Source: Macrostomum hystrix
Lineage: Eukaryota; Animalia; Platyhelminthes
Assembly: GCA_950097015.1 (NCBI GenBank)
Contig: CATNEN010000038.1
Span: 32,984,001 to 33,048,000 of the forward strand
Reading direction: 5' to 3'
DNA length: 64,000 bases
Shown: in pieces, positions 26,131-37,500 of the stretch
How the letters are laid out: each line of letters begins with the position of its first letter
Numbering within the stretch: the first letter of the stretch is position 1
The notes under the pieces: generated by a model
Database searches by the model: none
Seen by the model: only the letters and a program-made list of their open reading frames with translations
Told to the model about the DNA's origin: nothing
Position numbers and translations under genes: made by a program

Positions 26131-26599
26131 TCCCATCAGCATAAAAGTACTTTTGTGTTTCTATTTTAACACTCTTTGTTTCACTAATTGCTTATCAGTT
26201 TGCTTACAAGTGTTAAATTATGAAAAAAAATTCCATTTTGTTTGAAAATTATTAAAGTTTGTATTTTTAAGTTTTCTCCATTAACTTCTAATTACGGATC
26301 TTCTGGGTCTTAATAATTAACTAGCAAAGAAAACGCGGCTAGTAATAATCAATAAATAAAAGTATTCAGTTTTTTATTTCCATATATGGTTACTAAAACT
26401 CCTTATTTTACCCTGCAGTTCAGGTCTATAGATAGCTTTATTATGCATTGTTAAAAAACTATTTCATTACAATTACATTTGCCAATCCACCTGGTCCACG
26501 GGACAGATAGATTGTGGTATACTCTGGTATACTATATAATGCTGCTTTTCGTTTTAGACTCATTTACTGTTCGATTTTTGAGCACTAAACTCCTCACTT

Positions 26600-27570
26600 G
26601 CCTCTTCCCTCCTTCCTCACATACCCCTTCCCTCCTTCCTCAATTACCCCTTCCCTCCTTCCTCACTTACCCCTTCCCTCCTTCCTCACTTACCCCTTCT
26701 CTCCTTCCTCACTTACCCCTTCCCTCCTTCCTCACTTACCCCTTCTCTCCTTCCTCACTTACCCCTTCTCTCCTTCCTCACTTACCCCTTCTCTCCTTCC
26801 TCACTTACCCCTTCCCTCCTTCCTCACTTACCCCTTCTCTCCTTCCTCACTTACCCCTTCTCTCCTTCCTCACTTACCCCTTCCCTCCTTCCTCACTTAC
26901 CCCTTCCCTCCTTCCTCACTTACCCCTTCTCTCCTTCCTCACTTACCCCTTCTCTCCTTCCTCACTTACCCCTTCCCTCCTTCCTCACTTACCCCTTCTC
27001 TCCTTCCTCACTTACCCCTTCCCTCCTTCCTCACTTACCCCTTCCCTCCTTCCTCACTTACCCCTTCCCTCCTTCCTCACTTACCCCTTCTCTCCTTCCT
27101 CACTTACCCCTTCTCTCCTTCCTCACTTACCCCTTCCCTCCTTCCTCACTTACCCCTTCCCTCCTTCCTCACTTACCCCTTCTCTCCTTCCTCACTTACC
27201 CCTTCTCTCCTTCCTCACTTACCCCTTCCCTCCTTCCTCACTTACCCCTTCCCTCCTTCCTCACTTACCCCTTCTCTCCTTCCTCACTTACCCCTTCTCT
27301 CCTTCCTCACTTACCCCTTCCCTCCTTCCTCACTTACCCCTTCTCTCCTTCCTCACTTACCCCTTCCCTCCTTCCTCACTTACCCCTTCCCTCCTTCCTC
27401 ACTTACCCCTTCCCTCCTTCCTCACTTACCCCTTCCCTCCTTCCTCACTTACCCCTTCTCTCCTTCCTCACTTACCCCTTCTCTCCTTCCTCACTTACCC
27501 CTTCTCTCCTTCCTCACTTACCCCTTCCCTCCTTCCTCACTTACCCCTTCCCTCCTTCCCCACTTACCCG
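26600..27570. repeat. 23-nt polypyrimidine minisatellite (CTTACCCCTTCYCTCCTTCCTCA), ~42 copies
   Basis: Near-perfect array ending ~75 nt before the CCDC174 5' acceptor-like site. Confidence 0.95.
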
Positions 27571-27657
27571 TTATCTCTTCTAGGAGTGAATACCAAAATG
27601 AGCTAATTATTAGGAGTATTTGCTAATCTGATCTCACAAATTGCAGCAGTTTGCGCC

Positions 27658-29092
27658 ATGTCCAGCGGCCGCGAGCCCTACAAAGCCATCATTGCCGCGG
27701 GGGCAGCCGCTAGCAATCTTGAATTCGTTGCCGAATTGGCTAAACAAAAATCCGAAGTTCGGGCCGCCAGTTGTGTACAGACTAGTCGGCCAATCAGAGA
27801 GCTAGGCGGTGTCCAGTTCATTCCAGGCTCTAGAGGCAAGCGTCGAATAAAAGAAGAAGAGAAATTATTGCCCACTCGCGATAACGAAGACTCGAATAGG
27901 CCAAACAAAGAGTCTAATAATGCCTCCACCGGCGATGAAGAGGACGAAGATGCAAAGCTAAGAGCTTCTCGCCTAAGCCTGATAGCCAAAGCGGCTCTTT
28001 ACGATCAGCTGGCAAAGAAGAAACTGGAAGAAGAAGACTGCGATGACGCCGATGAAGACGATGACAGCGCGCCATTGGTTGACTTTACCAGACAGAGGCA
28101 GCTAGACCGGTGGAAAGAAATGGACCGATTGAACGCTGAGTCCAATGTGACTCATTACTCACGGGTCGATTATGATGAGGCCAGGTGAGTTTTTGGGATT
28201 TAAAAAAATTCAACTGGGATTTTTCGGATCCGGATTTAGAAAAGTAGAATTAAGATTTGAGGAAGAAGAATTGCTTTTTTGGAATTGGGATTGCGTAAAG
28301 TGGGATTACGATTAAGGATAGAAGGATCACCACTTGTGGAAAAGTTCAAGGATTAGGGTTTAGAATAGGAAGGGTCTTTATCAAGAGGGATTTTAAAGAA
28401 ATTCAAAATTCATCATGTAAGGTGTAAGGTCTGAGAAGTTTTTGTTTAGTTTATGATTTAGTGGTTGTTCATCAGTGCATTTGTTACATTAAATCAAGTA
28501 CTAAAAAGTATTCGCAATATAATTTTGACCTTAGTTCCAAACAATAATATGTATTTTTTCCACCATAGTGCCTAATTGCACTACTAGTAGTAGAAATATT
28601 AAAATATTTCACCGTAAATAATTCAGAGAACACGGCGTCGGTTATTATCGCTTCTCGGTGGACTCAGTCGAGCGAGCCGAGCAGCTAGCCGCCCTGGCCA
28701 AGCGCACCGAGGACACGGAGGCCGCTAAAAAGCGTCGATTAGAAGCGCTATCGAAGCGACGCGACGCTGCAGCTGCGCGGTTACAGCGGGTCAGGCAGCG
28801 TCGCGGATTAGCGGCCCCAGCGGCGGCTGCTGCTGCTGATGCTGATGCTGAAGTGGACAAAGCTGAAGAAGACGCAGGAACTGAGACGCCTACGACAGTC
28901 TCCCAAGAAGACATTGATCGTCAAATTGAAATTGGCTTACGACAAATTCGTCAGCAGGTTGAATCTTCGTTGCCATGGCAACGCCAGCAACAACAGCAAC
29001 AACAGCAGCCACAGAGGAGACCAACATCTTTTGCTGCTTCCGTCGCCGCTAGACAAGGCGAAAGGAATCCAGAATTTGCGCCTCCTTATTGA
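27658..29092 (+). CDS. CCDC174: CCDC174-like protein; exons 27658-28184, 28627-29092 (~330 aa)
   Basis: SRLSLIAKAALYDQL, THYSRVDYDEAREHGVGYYRFS (across a phase-2 intron) and C-terminal RNPEFAPP match recalled CCDC174 motifs. Confidence 0.8.
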
Positions 29093-29189
29093 AATTCGCA
29101 ATGGCCTCTTAAAATATTACTTGACTTTTTTAAAGTTAATAGTCAAGTCATGTCAAGCTAGACATTGTTAATTTTTTTAAATCGTAAAT

Positions 29190-29535
29190 AAGAGATTTGT
29201 CGATTTCCTGGAATCTTCAATCTAGAGATTCGTCAATTTTCCTGGAATCTTCAATCGAGAGATTCTTCGATTTCCTGGAATGTTTGATCTAGAGATTCGT
29301 CGATTTCCTAGAATCTTCAATCTAGAGATTCGTCGATTTCCTAGAATCTTCAATCTAGAGATTCGTCGATTTCCTAGAATCTTCAATCTAGATATTCGTC
29401 GATTTCCTGGAATGTTTGATCTAGAGATTCGTCGATTTCCTAGAATCTTTAATCTAGAGATTCGTCGATTTCCTAGAATCTTCAATCTAGAGATTCGTCG
29501 ATTTCCTAGAATCTTCAATCTAGATATTCGTCGGT
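29190..29535. repeat. 33-nt minisatellite (TAGAGATTCGTCGATTTCCTAGAATCTTCAATC) between CCDC174 and KLHL12
   Basis: About 10 copies. Confidence 0.92.
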
Positions 29536-29871
29536 CTATTACTTATAGTTTGAATGATATTTCTAAGCGGTAATAATTTGTTTCCAAGCAACCTATCAAT
29601 TTTTAATTATAATTTAACGTAGTTTAAGTGATGTAAATATACTCAGTTTGCTGTTTTTTATTATTTTTTGTTTTCATTATTAGTTTTCTTATTTCAAACA
29701 ATAGGATAGCTTTCAATCTACCAAACCAAACTGCTAAGTTGAAAGGCGGATGATGTAAAATAAAAAAAACTTTTTTTTTTCATTTCAGATCTCGTCTTCG
29801 ACGGTAACTTAACTACTCGCCGAGTAGCCAATTAGGAATTCTTATTTTCTTCAACTAACTTATCTGTCCAC

Positions 29872-32800
29872 ATGGACACGGGCGGCCCAAACAGAAGAAT
29901 CAGCAATAACAATAATAATAATAGTAGTAGTAGTAGTAACAGCAGCTGCTATAGTCATTCGACACCAACACCAACTAATCAGTCATTTCCTCATTCGTTT
30001 GTTTCCACTATCGCTAGTAATACTACTCATAGTAGCGCTGTGGGCGCAGGCAATATCAGTAGTATCAGCAGTAGCAGTAGCGACAGTCACGCCGTGGAAA
30101 TGCTCAGCCGAATGAATGAATTGCGCAGGCGTGGCTGCCTCTGCGATGTCAGCCTGCTAGTTGGCGGCGAAGAGTTCCCGGCGCACCGGATTGTACTGGC
30201 CTCCTGCTCCGATTATTTCTGCGCCATGTTCACCGGCGGCATGGAGGAGAGCGACAAATCCACCGTGGAAATCAAAGGCGTCAAAGCCGAAGTTATGAAT
30301 GTGCTGCTGAACTTTGTCTACACCGAGTCTGTTGACGTCTGCATGGACAATGTACAGGATCTGCTGCCAGCTGCCTCTCTTCTTCAGCTGGGAGGTATGG
30401 GATTATTATTAAGGAGATATCTCCTATCTCTAGCCGCCTCACCATTTTCTTTCCTTTATTCTCCACTTTCTTACCCCTCCTTCACTATTTCACTTTTTTA
30501 CCCAGTCTTATCTTTTATCCCATTTTCTCACCTCTGTTCCCCACTTTCTCACCTCTGTTCCCCACTTTCTCACCTCTTCCATCCACTTTCTCACCTCTCT
30601 CATTTACTTTCTCACCTCTCCTCCACATTCTCAACACTCTTCACACTTCCTCACCTCTTTTTATCCCTTTTTTACCTCTCTGCTCCACTTTCTCACTTCT
30701 CCTCCAATATCTCACCCCTCTTCTCCACTTTTTCACCTTTTCACCACTTCACCACCTTTTTCTCTCTCCGATCTCCCAACTTAGGCGTGACCACTGCCTG
30801 CTGCGAGTTTCTCAAAGCCGAACTGCACCCGTCCAACGTGCTCGGCATAACGCGCTTCGCTGAGCTGCACAGCTGCCACCAACTGCGCCAGGCTGCTCAA
30901 TTGTTCAGCTCGCGCCACTTCGAAGATGTCACCAGAGAGGACGAATTCTGGACTATCTGCTGCGATGAACTGTTAGACTTGGTTAGACGCGAAGATCTTC
31001 AGGTAATAAACGCACAAGGTGTATAGACAACCTTACCTATAAAAGCCATAGATATTTACTCCCGCAGTTTACTTATTCTAACTTGCCCTATTTTACCTGC
31101 CCAGGTTGACAGCGAAGAGTCAGTCTACCAAGCCGTCATACGCTGGGTTCGACACGACGAAAAGGATCGTTCACTTCACCTACCCGATCTGTTGGGCCAT
31201 ATTCGTCTGGCAACAATGTCGGCTCGCTTTATCACTGAAGTCTTAGACCAGGAGCCACTGATACAGCACAGTCTGCGATGTCGCGATCTGCTTGACGACG
31301 CTAAACGGTATCATCTGAGACCGGATTTGCGACACGAAATGACAGATCCTAAGTATAGGCCGAGATCTGGGGCCGATGAGTACATGGTGAGATTTGTTTA
31401 ATAATGTACATTCTAATGCTTGTCTGCTTAATGACATATTCACTATTCTATTCCTCATCCTGCTTGGGAAAAATGTACATTCCGCCCGTCTATCGCTTCT
31501 CTCACCCGCTTGTAGAAAGAAATGAACATTCCGCCAATGTCTCTTACCCTCCTATCCCTCACCCCGCTTGTGAAAAGAAATGTACATTCCGCCAATGTCT
31601 CTTACCCTCCTATCCCTGACCCACTTGTGTAAAGAAATGAACATTCCGCTAATGTCTCTTACCCTCCTATCCCTCACCCCGCTTGTGAAAAGAAATGTAC
31701 ATTCCGCCAATGTCTCTTACCCTCCTATCCCTGACCCACTTGTGTAAAGAAATGAACATTCCGCTAATGTCTCTTACCCTCCTATCCCTCACCCCGCTTG
31801 TGAAAAGAAATGTACATTCCGCCAATGTCTCTTACCCTCATATACCTCACCCGGAAAGAAATGTACATTTCGCCAGTATATCTTTCCCCCTCGCTCTCAC
31901 ACGCTTGTTGAAATGATGTACATTGAACCCAATTAATATCTTCCCCGGCTTGTAGTAATGTACATTCACTCTACTTGAAACAACTCAGGTCCTTATTGGT
32001 GGATTCGGCAAAGACCAAGCGCCCATAGACAGTGTGGAGCTGTTCAACCCGCGCACCGGTCACTGGTCCGGCCTGACACCCCTGCCCAAGCGTTATCGTT
32101 ATGTAGCGGCCGCCGCTATTAAGTCCACAATCTACGCTATTGGGGGCTTTGACGGTCGCGAACGACTTAACGCTGTAGCCTGTTTGGACCTGCAAGATCC
32201 GACGTCTAGTTGGCGCAGTATAACGCCTATGCGGCATAAGCGCGGCCTATCGGCTGCGGCCACCTATCAGGGTAGAATCTACGTTTGCGGCGGCTTCGAT
32301 GGCGGCGTTCGACTACGCAGTCTGGAAGTCTACGATCCGAAAATTGACGAATGGCGCCTATTGCAAGATATGAGCACCCCAAGGGAGGGAGCCGGTCTAC
32401 TAGTGGCGGATAATTGCCTGTTCTGCTTAGGCGGTTAGTGTTTCTTTTTGACTGGCAAGGATTGATAACTACTCGCGCTGGGTTATTACAGTGTCGATAA
32501 ACAGGTATTAGACTTCCAAGTAAAAAGGTATTAGAGAGGCAGGTAAACAGGTATTCGACAGACAGGTAAAAATGTATTAGACAGGTAAGCAGGTATTAGA
32601 AAGCCAGTTACACAGGTATCAGACAGGGAGGTAAACAGGTATCAGACAGGGAGGTAAACAGGTATCAGATAGTCAGTTACACAGGTATCAGACAGCCAGT
32701 TACACGGGTATCAGACAGCCAGTTACACGGGTATCAGACAGGTAGTTGAACAGGTATCAGACAAGCAGTTGAACAGGTATCAGACAGCCAGTTTCACAGG

Positions 32801-34142
32801 TATCAGACAGCCAGTTACACGGGTATCAGACAGGTAGTTGAACAGGTATCAGACAGCCAGTTGAACAGGTATCAGACAGCCAGTTGAACAGGTATCAGAC
32901 AGCCAGTTGAACAGGTATCAGACAGCCAGTTGAACAGGTATCAGACAGCCAGTTACACGGGTATCAGACAGCCAGTTGAACAGGTATCAGACAGCCAGTT
33001 TCACAGGTATCAGACAGCCAGTTACACGGGTATCAGACAGGTAGTTGAACAGGTATCAGACAGCCAGTTGAACAGGTATTAGACAGCCAGTTGAACAGGT
33101 ATCAGACAGCCAGTTACACGGGTATCAGACAGCCAGTTGAACAGGTATCAGACAGCCAGTTTCACAGGTATCAGACAGCCAGTTACACGGGTATCAGACA
33201 GGTAGTTGAACAGGTATCAGACAGCCAGTTGAACAGGTATTAGACAGCCAGATGAACAGGTATCAGACAGCCAGTTTCACAGGTATCAGACAGCCAGTTG
33301 AACAGGTATCAGACAGCCAGTTACACGGGTATCAGACAGCCAGTTGAACAGGTATCAGACAGCCAGTTGAACAGGTATCAGACAGCCAGTTGAACAGGTA
33401 TCAGACAGCCAGTTAAACAGGTATCAGACAGCCAGTTAAACAGGTATCAGACAGCCAGTTTCACAGATATCAGACAGCCAGTTGAACAGGTATCAGACAG
33501 CCAGTTGAACAGGTATCAGACAGGCAGTTGAACAGGTATCAGACAGCCAGTTGAACAGGTATCAGACAGCCAGTTAAACAGGTATCAGACAGCCAGTTAA
33601 ACAGGTATCAGACAGCCAGTTTCACAGGTATCAGACAGCCAGTTACACGGGTATCAGACAGCCAGTTACACGGGTATCAGACAGCCGGCCCTGTCATTCC
33701 CGCAGGCTATGACGGCGCGCAGCTGCTGTCCTCGATGGAGCGCTACGACCCCAAGCGGGCCAGCTGGTCCCAGTGCGAGCCGATGCGGATGCGTCGGTCA
33801 GGAGCCGGCTGCGCCGTTGTGGCCGACACAATCTACGTCTGCGGCGGCTACGGAGGCGCCGACGGTCAGCCGCCGGTACACTTGGACTCAGTGGAAGCCT
33901 ATCACATTCGTCAGGGCCAGTGGAGTTCAGTTGTCTGTATGAACATACCCAGGTGCTACGTCGGCGCCTGCCACCTCAACGGTCGCATTTTCGTGGCCGC
34001 GGGCTACGACGGCACCCAGTTATTGAGCAGCGTTGAAGCGTTCGATCCCATACGCAACGAATGGGTGCTGCACGACGAGGCAGCTTCGTGTATGCTCTAC
34101 GGTCGCTGCGATACCGGCATGTGCGTTGTGCGACTGCGCTAA
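29872..34142 (+). CDS. KLHL12: BTB-BACK-Kelch protein, KLHL12-like; exons 29872-30394, 30785-31002, 31105-31386, 31989-32433, 33706-34142 (~634 aa)
   Basis: BTB (FPAHRIVLASCSDYFCAMFTG), BACK and six kelch repeats. KLHL12-type strings GGFGKDQAPIDSVE, RYVAAA, REGAGLLVA, RRSGAG, PRCYVGA, RCDTGMCVVR. Frames are consistent. Confidence 0.88.
31465..31880. repeat. ~55-nt tandem repeat (dimeric, ~111 nt) in KLHL12 intron 3
   Basis: AAATGTACATTCCGCCAATGTCTCTTACCCTCCTATCCCT... repeated. Confidence 0.88.
32520..33686. repeat. 23-nt minisatellite (ACAGGTATCAGACAGCCAGTTGA) in KLHL12 intron 4
   Basis: About 50 copies, ending ~20 nt before the acceptor. Confidence 0.95.
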
Positions 34143-35229
34143 AGAATTCGGCTCGGAATTTTAGAAAAAATCTGTTGCATGTTCTCTTATTTCTAGGCTT
34201 AGTTTGACTGCTTGGCGTAAGAATTTAATTCTTATTTTCTGTTGCTTCTTCTAGCACAGTTGCTTTAGCTGTTGCTGCTGATACTGCAGTTGCTGTTGTT
34301 TTTGTATCTGCTGATGCTGTTTTTGATGCTGCTGCGCAATAGCTGCTAATGTATCTGCTTCTGCTGTTGCAACTGCTACTGCTGTTGTTGTTGTTAGGTC
34401 CGAATTACGGTCCGACCGTAATTCCGGACAATTTCGTGCCCACGGCCAATGGACCTTCCACCCGACACCTGACAGTCCAGCTCCGGCGGCCAGCCCCGAT
34501 GGGGTCTTGCCGGAGTCCGAAGCTGCTCGGAGGTATGCCGGAAGTCGGGCTGCTGTTGCTGCTGCTGCTTCAGTTGCTGTTTTTTTTTCTATCGGCTGAT
34601 GCTGTTTTTGCTGCTACAAATTCCGCTTCGACAGCTGTTGCGAAGTATTATGCATACCTCTCAATAAAGGCAATCATTTTTACTTCTTTAAATATTTCCT
34701 CCTTTATTTAAAAAGATCTTGAAATCCAACAATAGATACAATTTTGTTTTATTTTCATCATTCCAATCTGCAATCCGAATCAAAGAAATTTCTTGCTTAA
34801 TTTTATTATTTGTTGTTGTCTGCTTATTCTTTGATTGCCAAAGAATGCTTATTGATTTCTTGTTGCTTAGCAACCACAATCTATTATTGTCTATTCGCTG
34901 TTATCAACAAATAACTGTTTCACCGAACAAATTGTAATGTAAGCATTTCTGTCACTGTACTAAGTTGTACGTCTTTGCGTACATGCTGTTGTAAAGTTTA
35001 TGTTAAGCTTCGATGAACTTAAAAGTGGTCTGCATTGCCATTGTTAGTCTATTCTCAATTTGTAGACTTCTGTGCCGATTTATTGGATATACTCTGAGAT
35101 TTTAGACTTGGTAATTAGGATTCCACATGTTGATTTACCATTGTTCGTTTTCTGATTCGGATTTCCTTTTGCAGGCAATACCAACTAGAGTTAATGTTCG
35201 GATATGTTTTAATTTGTGTTTGCTTAGTA

Positions 35230-36150
35230 AGTTTATCGACTGGGATTACCCTTAGTAGATATATATATCGATTAGAATTCCCCTTAGTAGGCTTATAGAT
35301 TGGGATTACCCTTAGAAGGTTAATAGATTAGGATTACCCTGTTGTAGGTTAATAGATTAATATTACGCTTAGTACGTTTATCAATTGGGATTTCCCTTAG
35401 TAGGGTTTACCGATCGAGATTACCCTTAGTAGGTTTATAGATTGGGATTTTCATTGGTAGGTTTACCGATCGATATTACCCTTAGTAGGCTTATAGATTG
35501 GGATTACCCTTAGAAGGTTAATAGATTGGTATTACGCTTAGTAGGTTTATCAATTGGGATTTCCCTTAGTAGGGTTTACCGATCGAGATTACCCTTAGTA
35601 GGTTTATAGATTGGGATTTTCATTAGTAGGGTTTACCGATCGAGATTACCCTTAGTAGGTTTCTAGATTGGGATTTTCATTAGTAGGTTTACGATCGGGA
35701 TTACCCTTAATAGGTTTATAGATCGGGATTTTCATTAGTAGGTTTATCGATTGGGATTACCCTTAGTGAGGTTTACCTATTGGGATTACCCTGTTGTAGG
35801 TTTATCGATTGGGATTACCCTTAGTGAGGTTTACCTATTGGGATTACCCTGTTGTAGGTTAATAGATTGGGATTACCCTTAGTGAGGTTTACCTATTGGG
35901 ATTACCCTGTTGTAGGTTTATCGATTGGGATTACCCTTAGTGAGGTTTACCTATTGGGATTACCCTTAGTGAGGTTTACCTATTGGGATTACCCTGTTGT
36001 AGGTTTATCGATTGTGATTACCCTTAGTGAGGTTTACCTATTGGGATTACCCTTAGTGAGGTTTACCTAATGGGATTACCCTTAGTGAGGTTTACCTATT
36101 GGGATTACCCTTAGTGAGGTTTATCTATTGGGATTACCCTGCTGTAGGTT
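35230..36150. repeat. ~29-nt minisatellite (TTGGGATTACCCTTAGTGAGGTTTACCTA) between KLHL12 and CEP152
   Basis: Degenerate at the left end, homogeneous at the right. Confidence 0.9.
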
Positions 36151-36719
36151 AATGACATGTTATTTTCGTTGCAGATTATGATTGAGGTTCTTTGTTTCTG
36201 CATTTTCTATGCGATAAAAATTCGCGAGCCTGACTGTATGTTGATTTAATAGTTTAAATTGTTGACATTTCTTTAATGAATTTCCTTTTTCACGGTATTT
36301 CATTGTATCAAATAATTATTTCCTTGTTAAGAAAATATTAGTGTTATTTAGATATAAAGTTCGCTTAGCTTCCTAATCCATTTTATTAGCAATCCTGTTT
36401 GTTGTTCTCTTGGCCTTGTCTGTATATATATTTTAATTAACTATTAGCCTGTGGCTGTTGGTGTTTACGCTCTCTTTTATAGGATTTTAACTTTGCGTGT
36501 TCTATTTATGTGTATATTGTTCATTAGAGCTAAATGTATGTTCATTTTATTCAAGATTAAATGCTTCTAATATAATATATCTTTAATAAACTGTGTTTAT
36601 AAACTATTTCTTGTTACTTATTACTTAACTTTCAATATTTTGGAGGTCAATATTGTAAACATTTTATAGGTCACTTAGACAAAAAGCTTCCCAATAATCT
36701 ATTAAATTGAAGCAATTCA

Positions 36720-37105
36720 AGCAATAGGGATTCACCTACAGGAGGATTTCACAAAATATATTTACCTTCGGCGGGATTCCCCAATATGGATTCACCTAAA
36801 GGATGATTCACCAAAATGGATTTACTTACAGGGGATTCCCTTATGTATATTTACCTTCAGGAGGATTCCCCAAAATAGATTCACCTACAGGGGATTCCCT
36901 TATGTATATTTACCTTCAGGAGGATTCCCCAAAATAGATTCACCTACAGGGGGATTCCCCAATGTGGATTCACCTAAATGGAGGATTCCCTAAAATGGAT
37001 TTACGTATAGAGGGATTCCGTAATGTAAATTCACATACATGTGGATTCCCCAAAATGTATTTACCTACAGGAGGATTTCCCTATACCGATTCACCTGAAT
37101 GAATC
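36720..37105. repeat. Degenerate ~30-nt repeat (GGATTCACCTACAGGAGGATTCCCC)
   Basis: Directly visible. Confidence 0.75.
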
Positions 37106-37500
37106 CTCAATATCTTTTAGGTCATTAAGAACTTTTGATTGGATTGAGAATATTCCGCAATATAGTCACCTGAACTATTCACCGAAATTAAGATGGGATT
37201 AGAGATTTCTCAAAACTGATTTACCTAAGATTCAAGTTTATTATATAATGTTTATCATATATTAAGTTCAAGTTTATCGGACCCTACAATTTGCTATTAT
37301 GAATTTTACTTTCTGTTCTAATAAATCTGTGATTTTTTCGCTACTGACATATATTAATCGTACCTTTAAAAAACAGCCACATATCATGACAAGATAAATT
37401 TTATTTCAGAAAAGAAATCGACAACAGATCCGATTAATTGAAAATATTCGGAAGGTAATCGGCAACATATTTATTCTTAGTAGAATATCTAGTGGTTACC

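Noticed and set aside
17334-27626. Long repetitive ORFs (e.g. 17334-17700, 18069-19209, 25605-26144, 26479-27626)
   Set aside because: They are translations of minisatellites that are open in several frames and lie within SEH1 introns or spacers.
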